Source: Hydrurus foetidus | Lineage: Eukaryota | NCBI GenBank assembly: GCA_900617105.1 | Contig: UYFQ01000373.1 | Coordinates: 124,001 to 188,000 of the forward strand | DNA length: 64,000 nt | Direction of reading: 5' to 3' | In this document: positions 42,401 through 54,900 of the stretch, piece by piece | Numbering within the stretch: the stretch's first letter is position 1 | Layout: each line of letters opens with the position of its first letter | The notes under the pieces: model-generated | The model's database searches: none | The model's input: only the letters and a program-made list of their open reading frames with translations | Told to the model about the DNA's origin: nothing | Made by a program: the position numbers and the translations under genes

Positions 42401-43234
42401 CCAACAATAAGGTGATCGCCATGGGCACCGGCAAAGACGTCATTAAGTACTCTCTTTTCTCCGGCCTCTCTTTCTACCTCTACAACGAAGCCTCTTTCCT
42501 CGCCCTCGAGAGACTCAGTAAGTACTTGTTGCGTTTCTCCATACGCAGTGTTTGTTTATTTGTGTTTTCCATATTTGTATGCACCTCTCCCAAACACTCA
42601 CCTTTGTGCCTCCACCCCACTGTTCTCTTTCTCCACTTCCCCCCTTTTTCCTTCTTCCCTCTCATTTCTCCCCACCCTCATCATTCTTTTTTTCCTCAAA
42701 TTTTTCACTCTTTCTCCCCTCACCTAGGTCCCGTGACACACAGTGTGGCCAACACGTTGAAGAGAGTAGTCATCATCGTCGCTTCATGCATCGTCTTCAA
42801 GTCACCCATGTCACTCCTAGGTACGTTCAAAGGGCATAACATCTTGTATGATTATAATTAACATAGAGCATGACAATGTTCTGAAATTATATTTATAAAA
42901 TATATGTAGAATATTAGTATAAAATAAATTGCAAAAAAGAGAAAGTAAAAAAACCGTTTAATAATATAATACGATAAATACGTAAAGTCATGTGACACCG
43001 AAACACATCTCAGTGCATTAAGATTTATTCAGCGGAACCCACTAACAACTCTAACAAATCATGCGTCTCAGACATATATGAATAAGCAATTGTGTTATTT
43101 ATCACCAATTTTTTAATTGCATGAATCTATCCAACATTATAGGCGGCATCGGATCTGGAATCGCAGTTCTCGGTACCCTTCTCTACTCCCTCGCCAAGAG
43201 AGCGTACGCAAAGAAGGGAGCATCCGCCCACTAA
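39411..43234 (+). CDS. TPT: Plastidic triose-phosphate/phosphate translocator family protein; ~12 exons
   Basis: Presequence MVKLTNVLILASGLAATA|FSL. Conserved motifs WYLGNIYYNIYNKK, GAVSFGQIVKAGEPVF, LIPIIGGVGLASLKELSF, FYLYNE, SPVTHSVANTLKRVVII, GTLLYS. Stop TAA at 43232-43234. Confidence 0.95.
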
Positions 43235-44214
43235 ATTCTGGAATCTGACCCACGGTCAGGTCCACGATCTTTTGCATGATCGGATACTCAGCAATCAGTG
43301 CAGTGCTAGCGACTGAATTGATTAGGAACAACTTATTTCCTTATATCGTGTTTCCGTGTTCTGAGATTTTTGGTTTTTTACTTCCGTATATTTTTCGGTT
43401 TGTACGGATTTAATTTGACTTTTTCTCTTTCACGTTTCTCCTTCTTTAGATAAGTATAGTTCTGACAATAAAAACATTCTCATCTCTTCCTTCTCACCGC
43501 TCTTAATCTACATATTCTCTATTATCTTTAATCTATATCCTGCTAGCATCTCATTCTATCTCCCCATCACAATCCATCCCCATTCTTCTCCTTTTCCTTT
43601 CTCTTTGCTACTCTTCCTAGTCTCTCTCCCTCATTACAATATTCTGATATGAATGTCTTCTCATTTAGTGCGCATCTCTAGTTATAGTTTTGTAACCTAA
43701 TGAAGACTTTTTCAGAATTATTTCAATTTATTTGTGTGACCGATGACAGTCCTGCGCTATGTGAGCAATTTTTTTTCGGGATTTTAGATGATTTTCATTG
43801 TTTCTCTGGAGGCTGTCGTAGAAGAAGACAAGACAGGTTGAGAAAGCTTAGTTTGGAAGTGGTGAAAGTCTGACCCCCCTTTTTTTTTACAACCGGAACC
43901 CACACACATTTTTCATTTTTCGTTGAAAATTTTGGGATTCGGGATTTTGACGTAGGATTATAAAAACGGAATGACCCATTACACGTGGATCGAAGTTGGA
44001 CTTCCAACGGGTAATGTTTTGCTGCGTCCGACCAAAGTCAAGCATCATCCTCTGTCTAATTACCACAGATCAGCGTGAGGTTATCAACCGTTGCATTTCT
44101 CATACTGCACAAGCATAGAAGAACGGAGCAAATTCTCACTTTACTCGTACATCAACTGGCATTTAATATTGCGTTCATCTACGAGTAGTTGGGGAGCTTA
44201 ACTAGTTGACTATA

Positions 44215-47200
44215 ATGACAACACCTCTCGCCTATGGTCACAGAAATGACTTTCCTCCAGGACATAATGATGGAGCAACAGACCAGACATACCACTGCGA
44301 GTACCCAGAGCAAGCGGGATTCGTGAATAACGAAATAGGTTAGTGTTTAGGAAATCTTAAAGCGTCTGTCACGATGTTTGCTTCGCACATTATCCTCCAA
44401 ATTCTGACACTTAACCTACGAATATCACAATGAATGATATCACAGCTGATGAAGATGTGATTCGTGCATATCTGACTTACTACGGATTCGGTCCTGGCCT
44501 ATCTAGAACATTCCTCGAGAACGCGAACAGAACACCCGTGAGATATATCGTAACAGACTTTAGCGCTGAAATGAACACACGCCAGACGAGACTCGTAGAG
44601 ATAAAGCCGAAGAAAAATCCAAAGTAAAAATCCTCATTGCTTTTGTTTGTCGTGAGACAGGAGAACTTATTGAACTCTACTTTTATGCGTTCTGTGACGC
44701 ATATTATCCATCAAAAGGAAATACCTTCACACACCCAACGCTGCTGTAGCTTCATTAATGTATCATCATATCCGCGACTTGCCTACTTTTTATTTCTACC
44801 ATGTGTACTGCTTTTCACATATAGCGGAAAATTCTTTGTTTTCTATTTCCTCCTACGTTTCCTAGTTGTTAAGTGCCCAAATATCAACTATGTTTATCAT
44901 TACTCGTGTCGTATGTACCGCATGTCTCTGGGTCCATTCAAATCGATTTCTTCAGGATTATTTGGGTTAGATTACGATGATTGACGAGGCTTACTAAATC
45001 ATTGTTTGGATGGCGCTGATAATGACTTTGTTAAGATTGTTCCTAACTCTCAACTTTTTAACTTTGTAAACTTCTGTTCTGCTCTCTCTCATACGTTATA
45101 TAACATACAAAAGAATCCCTAAAACTCTGTATAACAGTTGTGTATGATGTACATAATATAGCTTAAACCTCTATTTCAAACGTAGTAACTCATCAATGTA
45201 CACATTTAATTTTAACAGATCAAATAACTCCTGTTGTACTTCATCTCTATTCTTATCTCCATTTCTATTCACCTCCATCCCTATTACTATTTCTAATAAC
45301 CTTTTTCTGTATCTCAATTTGTCTCCTCTATTTCGAATGTTATCTTTATTTGATTTCTTTTATCAGATCTATTCCAGTCACTCATTGGGATGAAATCAAA
45401 GAAACTTTTCAGTTTCACTCCGGACTCGCACATGTCGCTCATGCTGCCACAGAATTCAGAATCGGTAATTTCTTTTAGTTAGTTATTTACTTTTATTTCT
45501 CATTTTCAAGTTTTTTCCTCGTTTTGGGTGGTCAAATTTTCTGCTATAGTACATCATCAAAATTTCGAAGTAGTTCATACGCCATGCACCTTTACTCGCT
45601 CTTCGCATCTGCCCAGTATATTATCCGCTTTCTCTGCTACTCATGCTTCGTTTGTGGCTACAGAAATTCCGTATGTGATAATGGTGGAGGTTGTTTTCTG
45701 TTATAAGGATGATGGAAGAAAAATGGAACTGATGTTGTTCCTCAAATAGATTCTCCAGGGCTGGTGTCGGACACGTTCGATCCGACTCTTTTTTTCATGG
45801 CAGACTGTTTCTGACAGTCGATAAGCCAGACAAATTCACTTCATTTCATTACGATGATGGCACAGACGTTGTCTGATTTGATCCGGTTGTAGTTTGCATG
45901 CATCCTGCACATTATAAACTATAAACGGATCAAATCAGGCAACATCTGTGCCTTCATTGCAATGAAATGAAGTGAATTTGTCCGACTCGATGGAAATAGT
46001 CGGACCGTCCGACCGACTTGTACCGATTCGTCCGACTGTCCGGTCCGACTGCAAATAAGGAGTCGGACACCAGCCCTAAGATTTTCGATAGACCTCAAGA
46101 GAAGTAAACTTCTGTAATAAAATGTGCAGGTCATTAGACAAACTCCTTCTTCTCCTCTCCCCCTTCCTTTTCTTTTTTCTGCCTCTCTCTCCTCTCGTAT
46201 CATTCTCCACAATTCTTCTCTTTCTCTTTACACACTTACTCACACAACACCCCCACATTGCAGGTCGTAGCAGTGCAGCCAATGGTCCGATTCTAGTCGG
46301 AGGACTCGGCACGCCTGACCGCAGCGAGCTCCTCTACTCCCGGTAAGCCAACTAACTTCGGTTAAATGTAACGACTTAGCAGTTTTGTATTCTGTATTCT
46401 TTATTGTTCAGAACTATGTCATGTTTTCTTTCGTCTCGTGTTCGAGGGAGCACCAATTTTCTATATGTATGTATGCTTCGATATGTAAAATCCAAACAAA
46501 ACAACATTATATGTGAAGATCTAACTACGTTAATGGTCTCAGCATTGAATCTAAATCTCTATTATAAATACTAAACAATTTCAATCTTTTTCTCGTTTTT
46601 TTGCAGATATCAGACCGGTCCTCAACGTACAAATTTGTGCAAAGAAATCAGAGAAATTGTGGCAGAGATTTCACTCAATGCAGCACAGGTAATGCAGTAC
46701 TAAATATTTTCTATTTTATTTTGATGAATTAATTTTTCGCTGAATCATAGTTTTACTTATAAATTGCTTTAACATGAAACTACAATAGCGGTAACTGTCC
46801 AATGAAGATGTCGTGTGTAAACGTGATAAGTATGTGTTGAGCGTCTCCAACACCTAACTTTTTAAAACGATTTTTTTAAATTCGTTTTTGCGTTACTTTT
46901 TCATCTAGTTTATTTATTTATTTATTAACTTATTTTTGCGCTCAGCCCCATTTTGATCACACCTTCTTTCTTTTGCATCACAGCTCAAGGCATTAGGGAA
47001 AAGAATTGTGATAGCTATTTACACTGATGAAATCCCACTGGATGGAAACATGTTGGAATGTCTGATGCCGATCAACGAACTTCCTGTCATGCTGGTTGTT
47101 AGACTTTGCACAGGTATAAAAGATAATTGAACACTTCATTTTTAATGTAGAACTCCTTTTTGATTTCCAGTGATTATTGTTCACGGCTGTGATGATTCTT

Positions 47201-49820
47201 TTATAACTGATCAGTTATTGTTTTTATTTGTTTTTTTATTTTTATTCATTTTTTATTCGAGAGACTTCACCGTAACTTTTGTACTAGTTTTTCCAACTCC
47301 AATTTCCAAGCTTCTGTGCTCTGCACCAAGATGACAATGAAATAATTATGTAATTCCATTTCGTCACTGACCGGATTTTTCCTTTTGATTTCATTCTACA
47401 GACAGCGAGTACGTCATCGCTTTTTGGAACTCCCTCAAGGTACACTTTTACGTCCAACCGTCTATCCATCCATGTGTGCCTCTCTTTTCTCTTCCTCATC
47501 TCTTATCTATCTTCCCTCACTCCTCCACTATCGATTTTTATTCTCTATTCCCTATTTTATTTCGACTTTTTTTCTCCTCCGACTCCGACCGATGCTTCCT
47601 CCATCTTGATTCGCCTGATTTCTCCTGCCCCGTCCCTCCTCCCTCCTCTTACCCCCACCCCCCCTTCTGAAGTCCATGTCCCACTCAGTCTCACCCACTC
47701 TCCCTTTCCCATCTAATCTAGGTGCATCTAACTGTACGTGTGGACATTCTCAGAGAGTTCATCACGGAAGCAATTGTTAAGAAAGACAGTCTGAAAAACA
47801 GCTGGTTGACTTACGGTTTGCCACTGCACAGAATGAGAGGTGAGAAGTGTTTATTTCCATTCATTTTTTTTATTATTTGGAAAGATAGGATGAGTAATTG
47901 TGCAATGGGTGATGTGGTGCTTACAGCTGAACTTGAATTCTCTATAGGGATCTCTCTACCAAAAAGTTATTGCTTTTCTAGAATGAAAAATGTTTAATTT
48001 CTCATGATGATCGATTTTAAATGGAACGTTCTTCTTTGTATCCCAGAATTCGGCCTGACAATAAAGGACTCTGACAAAGACGAAAATTCCAACATGCATC
48101 CCCAAGAGCTAAAAACTTTCCTCGCCTATCTGTGAGTGAATTATCACTGTTCTTTCTCTCTCGCCTTTTTTTGGTCCATTTTTATCATACGCTTTCGAGG
48201 GATATCGCATCAAATTTGAAAATCCTCGTTTGTGTGCTATATAGCACACATGCACACGCATTCTCTCCCTCATACACACACGTATACACACGTACTGACT
48301 CTCCGTGTTTCACACGTACGTACTATCAGATTCGGTACGTCGCTTCAATCCATTCCCGACCCAGTGACAAGATATAGGGACTTCATGTTCACGGTAGCGA
48401 TGCTGAACGAGCAGGAAGGAACCGTATTCGGTCCGGTAACAAGGTACGGACGCACATATGTTGTGTATGCATGTCCTTTCATGTACCGAGTTTGCATTTT
48501 TAATTGCACAATTTGCATTGTTCAGATCCACGAACTGAAAGAGTCCTCAGTTTTTTATTTTTTCAGTTTTTTGAGTCATGACCGACAACTTCTATCGACA
48601 ATTGGAAATAAATAGATATTCACATAAAATGCTAACATGTCATTCATTACCATTACCATATGAACAGTCGTATGGTGCAGTGGTTAGAGTTCAAAGGCCT
48701 CAAAGAGTCGTACTCATTCGACAGAGTGACATCAGTTGATGGCGAGAGTGATGACGGAATGAACGGGAATGCTGCCGGCTGCTGCGGCCAAAAACCCAAA
48801 AAGAAAGTAGTGAAGAAAGACTTGAAAAAAGACGCACCGACTGGCCGGGGGTACGGGGGGCCGGAACCACCAAAAAAGCCGGACCCTTCCGGCCTATGTT
48901 TCGCAGAAGGGACGGATGAGGAGTGCTGTGTTCGGTATAGTGAAGAAAAGGAATGCTGCGCTGGTGAACAATGTCTGCCAAAGGGTGGAGGAAAGAAAAC
49001 AAGAAGCGAATTGTCCTGCATTCCATATAATGATGGCGAGGAAGAAGTGCTAGAGAAAGATGCTGAAGAGCCATGTTGCATGGCAGTGCGCTCAAGAAAT
49101 GCAGAAACCGACACTTGTTGTCCAGAAAGTTCTTGTTGCATTCCGAAGAAAAAAGACGTGGACTCTGGGTCAGATTCCAAGACACCACCCGAAGTCAAAG
49201 AGGCACCTGTCGTGGGTGAGACGGGATGTTGTGGAGGGAAAAAAACAGAGGTGAAAAAGGATTTGAAAAATTTAGATGACGCGAAGTTGAATGTAGAAAA
49301 GGCACCTAGTGCTGTGACAGGTGCTATAGGCGATGCAAACGTCAACGGAAATGTGACCGCAAGTGGGATCGCCACTGGTAATGGGAGTGTGAACGGCGGT
49401 ACACTAGCCGGTGAAAGTGTTGCGGAAGAAAGTGTGAGTGCAGAAAAGGGGTTGAATGCAGTTCTAAAAGATGTGGAGATGGAGGGAGAGGCGAAGGCGG
49501 ATGAAGCACAAGTGCTAGCACACGATACAAGCGTTTCAAAGGACAATGCAGAGCACGATACATCAAGCAGTGTCGGAGAAGGAGACAACGAAATCAATCC
49601 AAACATCGAATTATCATCTCCATCCCCATCCCCTGAAAAAGCAAAAGAAACTGAAGTTGATTATATGTCTCAAGATATGAAGGATGAAATCGCGCGTGAT
49701 CAAGCGGAGCGAGCAAAGGCTGTACCTCCGGTAAAACCAGCCGGATGTTGCGCAAGTAAGCCGAAACCTACGGCGAACCCGACTGACCCGGGGCCACAGA
49801 AAAAGAACATGTGCTGTTAG
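44215..49820 (+). CDS. vWA-like domain protein with a Cys-Cys-rich C-terminal tail ending in -NMCC; ~11 exons
   Basis: Spliced ORF ...VRYIVTDFSAEM...THWDEIKETFQFH...RIVIAIYTDEIPLDG...LPVMLVVRLCTDSEYVIAFWN...WLTYGLPLHRMREFG resembles vWA-like proteins I recall from other stramenopiles. Gene structure is well supported; the domain call is from memory. Confidence 0.6.
45756..46078. mobile_element. Non-autonomous hAT-type element (323 bp) in an intron
   Basis: Left TIR CAGGGCTGGTGTCGGAC vs reverse complement of right end TAGGGCTGGTGTCCGAC. 8-bp TSD AGATTCTC / AGATTTTC (1 mismatch). Many subterminal TCCGAC/GTCGGA motifs. Confidence 0.88.
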
Positions 49821-51524
49821 ACGTACGTACGTACACGAACACCAGAACGTGCGTACTTACTCTTGTACTTCTCTCGCACATACTTTCCTGCGTACTCACG
49901 TACATACATAGTCGCGTACAATTATACGCAAGATACAGAATACAGAATAGAGCCGTCATATCTGATAGGGCGAAAGAGATGGTGAAAATGTTACTTATAT
50001 ATTATTTATTTTAGTATATGCCTGAAATGGCACAAACTTTACAATTAAAAAACGGCGCTTTGACAAAGAATAGATATCTATCAAATGATACAATGTAACA
50101 ACTTGTAGGCTGATTAGCGATTATTTAATATTTCATTTGAATTATAATACTACAGTGCTACTTTTTGTTATTATTGTTCTTTACTTTTTCTTAGTTCTTA
50201 ACAGTATTTGGGTGGCTGAACTAAAATAAAGTAACTGTCGAACAGTACATACGTACGTCATTCTTCTTTTCTCAACTCAGTATTTAGGCCACGATCCACG
50301 GGAACGCTGAAATGTTTTTCCATATAATCATTTTATGGTAAAGTTCCAATTATACCCAAAACTAAACTGCTCCTTTCTAGGGCGTAGTTTTCCTTTTTCG
50401 ACTTGTTTTACGGCAAAAAATTATATGGAAGCTTATTTAACGTTTCCGTGAAATGTAGCCGGAATATCCGAAAGAGTTGCACATATCGCCACATGTTCCA
50501 ATAAGACCGTTCAGCCAAGGGGATATACCCCCTTGGCTCAGCCATCGTATGGTGTACATTTCAGTAACGCACGTACTGTATACTACACACAGCACGTACT
50601 GTATGTTCGTGGTTTCACCAGTTGAATTATATTTTAAAGTATCACGGATTGGGCGTACATAGTAGAGGGCTTGTCGTAAAGTTTGACAGTCTCGTTGTGT
50701 GGAGTGTCGCGTTCTTCGCAACACTTCTAAGATTATGTTAATCAAGGGAGAGGAAGGGTCCTGCTAACAATTCTCTATTTCGCCTGTTTCATTACCGGCA
50801 CAGAACAAAATGACAAGGGAATGTAGACGAATCCAAGACAGGAATTCAATGGAGATTTCAACAGTGCTCAACCCTGTTTACGTTCTTTGTTTCGGACATC
50901 ATATTCAGCCTCGGTTATATTATGTCCTTCTAGTTTGCTGTTCAAGGGTGGGCGGAAGGGTCTCACTAACAATCATCTATTCCATTTTCCCTGTTATACT
51001 TTAACTGGATTGGTACATGGACTTTTTTAGGAAACCAATCCCCTATGGATAGGGATAATAAATGTAAACCTACAGAGGAGAAACCAAGATTATATATTCC
51101 CTGTATAGGGGATATTCAGGAAAAGCTGCATAAGATTTTTTCCCTATGCACCAACCCAGCTTTTACAATGTTGTGTGTGGCCATCCCTGATTGCGTTAAG
51201 AGAAGAAAACAACCACTAATTTTTCATCTTCCCTTCGTCTTCTTACGGCCCTGTCCGGTAATAATATAAAATAAATAAAGTAATGTAAATATTACGAAAA
51301 ATTTGTTTTAACAAATCAACACCTTGTCTCATCAATTCGAAAATTTCAAATTCCACATTATTTTTTTTTCATTTTTTTTAACATTGGAAATGATCCTAGA
51401 AAGCACACGAGTCAAAGTACAAATGTAAGAATGATTTCAATTTCAATTTTCCGCATATCAAATTGCTTTCAGTCACTATTATGAACAATTTTTTGTTCTT
51501 TCTTCTGTTCCGGTGATGCCAACT

Positions 51525-51716
51525 CAAAACCCTGGTTCATTGCTATCTGATCTACTTTTAAACTGTAATATCTCCTATACACGACAATCTGCACTCGCTA
51601 ATTGTATACCGTACCGATAAGAGGAAACAGTACGGTACAATTTGTTTGTGTGGATTGTCGTGTATGGAGTGGGTCCAGATTAGAAGTGGATCAGATCAGC
51701 AAAACCGAGGGTCCTG
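51525..51716. mobile_element. Foldback MITE with 4-bp TSD AACT; diverged relative of the 19341-19522 element
   Basis: Ends CAAAACCCTGGTT / AACCGAGGGTCCTG with AACT on both sides. Reverse complement of the right arm, CTGATCCACTTCTAATCTGGACCCACTCCATACACGACAAT, closely matches the left arm of the 19341 element. Confidence 0.82.
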
Positions 51717-51986
51717 AACTGCTTCTCCCGCCAACATTTCCCGGAAAAAAGTAATTGCCTATGTAGTACTTGAAACTTTCAAATTAAATACAGATAAAAA
51801 ATGCTCGACTAAAAATTCGATTCATACTTATCAGTAAGATGATGTAAGTAGGAAATAAAATTAAAAAAAATGTAAACATCCAAAAATGTAAAATAACAAG
51901 AACAAATTGGTGAAATTGGAATAATAGAAATTGTCAGTAATTTAGATTTTTTCAGCACTACATAATAAAATAAATGAAAATGAAAT

Positions 51987-54900
51987 TTATTTTCCTGGAG
52001 TCGATTTCATGAGTGAAAATAAAGTAGCTCTGGCCCGCTGATATCTTTCATCGCTCAGTGCGCTGCCAACATCCTCTTCTTCTTCTTCTTCTTCTTCGTC
52101 ACTATCATTGTTACTATTACGATCAATATGATTGATGTTATCAACTCTGCTATAATCGACATTATCACTAATAGTATCCTGATCACTAACATCAGTATTT
52201 TCGTCATTCAAATAACCGGTACTAATATTCGCAACCCTCCCAGAATCTTCACTTCTCCTACTCCTCCTGCTTCTCTCTCCCTTTTCTCCTTTCTCTTCAT
52301 CGTCACCATCATCACCCCCGCTACACAATTCACCCATTTCATGCCCCCCATCAGTCCCCAGGACCGGCCGGCCCGACCCGGATCCGACCCCCGACAAATC
52401 GATACTCTCCCCCCTAAGAGCCCACCTGGGAGTATCGTGGTCCTCTTCATTCCGTCTCGCAATTCCGGAGCCGCTAAAATCTCTATTTTCGATTTCCGGA
52501 TAAGATCCACTGGTGATGCTTTCGCAGAAATTAATTCGAGAAAGATCATTGTGAGAGTACGTACTATTGCTCTTGTTGAAGTTGAAGTTAGGGTTCGAAT
52601 CGTAGTTTGAGTTTGAATTTGAATTTAAATTTGAATTTTGATTTGAATTTTGATTTGAATTTTGATTTGAATTCAATCGGTTACGGGTGTTGGGCGCTGA
52701 CTGTGTTGTGTGGGGTACAGAGAGAGATGCTGTGTGCGCTGTGTGTGGTGTAGTGCGTGCGTGTGGGTGCGTTAGTGTTGATGTGGTAGGTTGTATCTGT
52801 GTAGTTAGACTGTGGGAAGGAAGTGAGGAGAGATGTGAGGTGTGATGAGAGGGCTGAGAAGAGGAGTGAGAAGGTTGTGTAGAAGTACTGTAGGGTGAGT
52901 GATGAGGATAGGGGTGAGAAGAGGGGTGAGGATAGGGGTGAGAGGGAGAAGGGAAGGAAGAAGGGGTTGAATGAGATATTGAAATTGGTAGTGAAGAATG
53001 GGGAGGAAGAGAAGAAGGGAGAGAAGGAGAATGTGAGTTAGATGCATGTGTCGGTGAGGGTGCAGCTGCAGCATAGTCACTATCATCCCTTTGATTCAAT
53101 CTTGCACGCATTCTCGTCAATATTACAGTTGAACTTTCCACTAGAGAATCTTGAAGCGGTTCTTGGATCTCAGATTCCAGATAATCATTATCGCTATTAT
53201 TCATATTAATTTTCTCATTGTTGTTAGCTTCATTTGTCGAATTCTTTTTTGAATTGTCGATTCTTGAATTATTGTTTTTTGAGTTGTAGTTTGTAGAGGT
53301 GGAATGAACATTAATTTTGTCTATTTCTTCTTCAGATAAATCGGAAGAATCAAAAGTTCCAGTTCTTGATGTCGACATTTGGGAAGATTTTATTCTGTTT
53401 TCTTTTGTGATGTTCCATGATATTGAATCACTACTGCTATCATCGCTTTCAGACATACTGTTAAATTTATCTGGGTTACTATTACTACGTCTACTTTCTG
53501 TTTTCCTTTTCTCCTGTACTTTTTGTTGATTATATTTTATTTCAATATTCCTCTGATAGTCTTTTTCTTTATTCATTAATCCTTTTCTAATATTATCTTT
53601 TATTTTTTCTTCCTTCTCTCTCATCCTGTCCTTTTCTTCTTCTTTTTTCTCAATTTTAATTTCATTTCCAATTTCGAATCCTCCCATACCCCAATTTATT
53701 TCCTTTCCGTTTTCTCTCCACACATTATTACCACTAGGAACTTCAGGACCCTTACCGACATCATTCTTATACTCATTTTCAATTTTCAATTTCTGATAAC
53801 TGCCAATTTCATTTTCATTTTTATTCCTGTTTTTGCTGTTATTATAATTTTCACCAGTAGCGTCACTAATTAAACCCAATGCTGCATTTAGCACGGGACT
53901 CCTTTCTCGACTTTCTCTACCTCTATTAACAGAATACTCTTCAGAATCATATCTATCACCTTCCCTAAATGAAATACGGCTAGATTCAGTCTTCCCCGTA
54001 AAATTTAAATTCAGATTTGAGATTGATGAAATATCCCTCGTGCTTGTTGGTATGTTCGAGGGAGTGAAAGAGGTAGAAGAAGAAGAGTTTGCTGATAGAT
54101 TGCGTGGGGAGGAAATGTGAAGAATGGAAGAAGAGGGAATTTTTCGGACATAAATATGTTCATTTTTGGTATCCGATTTCCTCGAATTGTTCGTGTCATT
54201 TTTCGTGTTTAAAAATGACGTACTTGAATTTGAAGGAGAATACGGACCAGACTGAGATTGGAAAGATTTCGTACTCGTTGGTGTGGTATACAATGAATGT
54301 GCTGGTAATGGTGATCGTGTGTTTGTGTACGTACGTCCACCTACATCGTACGTATTTCCGTCCATTGCACTACTATTTAGACCCCCCATTTCTATAGGGG
54401 TGAATAGTAATTTTTGTTGCGCTCTGTGCAATTGCTGCATTTCTTTTTCTTCATTTTCTTCCGTCTCGTCTCTTCGAATCGTTCTGATGGTGATAAGATT
54501 ATTTGATGAAAATAATCACACATTAGATACTGTTACATAACCGGATAAATTATCTGAGTTCTTAGTCTTATTAGTCCATCGTTCCGAAAATTACAGAGGA
54601 GTGAAATTTTTAGGAAAGCAAAGTTCCGAAGAATGTGGACATTTAGGTCTGAGAACTCAGACCCTTAAGAACGGAATAATCTCCATAAAAATATTAAAAA
54701 AATAAATAAAAAAATCTGTCAATATGAAAAAATTTAAAGTGCGTGCGTACCTGAGTAGATCGGAATGTTCTTGCACTAGGATTCTCAACTGACGCACGCG
54801 AGCCTCCGCCAAACCTGAAAGAGAGACGTAAGTGTACGTTAGTGTTAGTACGTGTGATTGTGAGTGCGGGTGTGAGGAAGTGGGAGTATGTAAAGAACGG

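Noticed and set aside
48653..49606. 317-aa minus-strand ORF
   Set aside because: Antisense to the terminal exon of the vWA-like gene, which splices in frame on the + strand.
50287..50460. RNase MRP-like words AAAGTTCC and ATGGAAGCTTA inside a terminal stem
   Set aside because: The P4 bulge would be on the wrong strand, there is no GARAR loop or proper P3, and the region is explained by a simple long hairpin.
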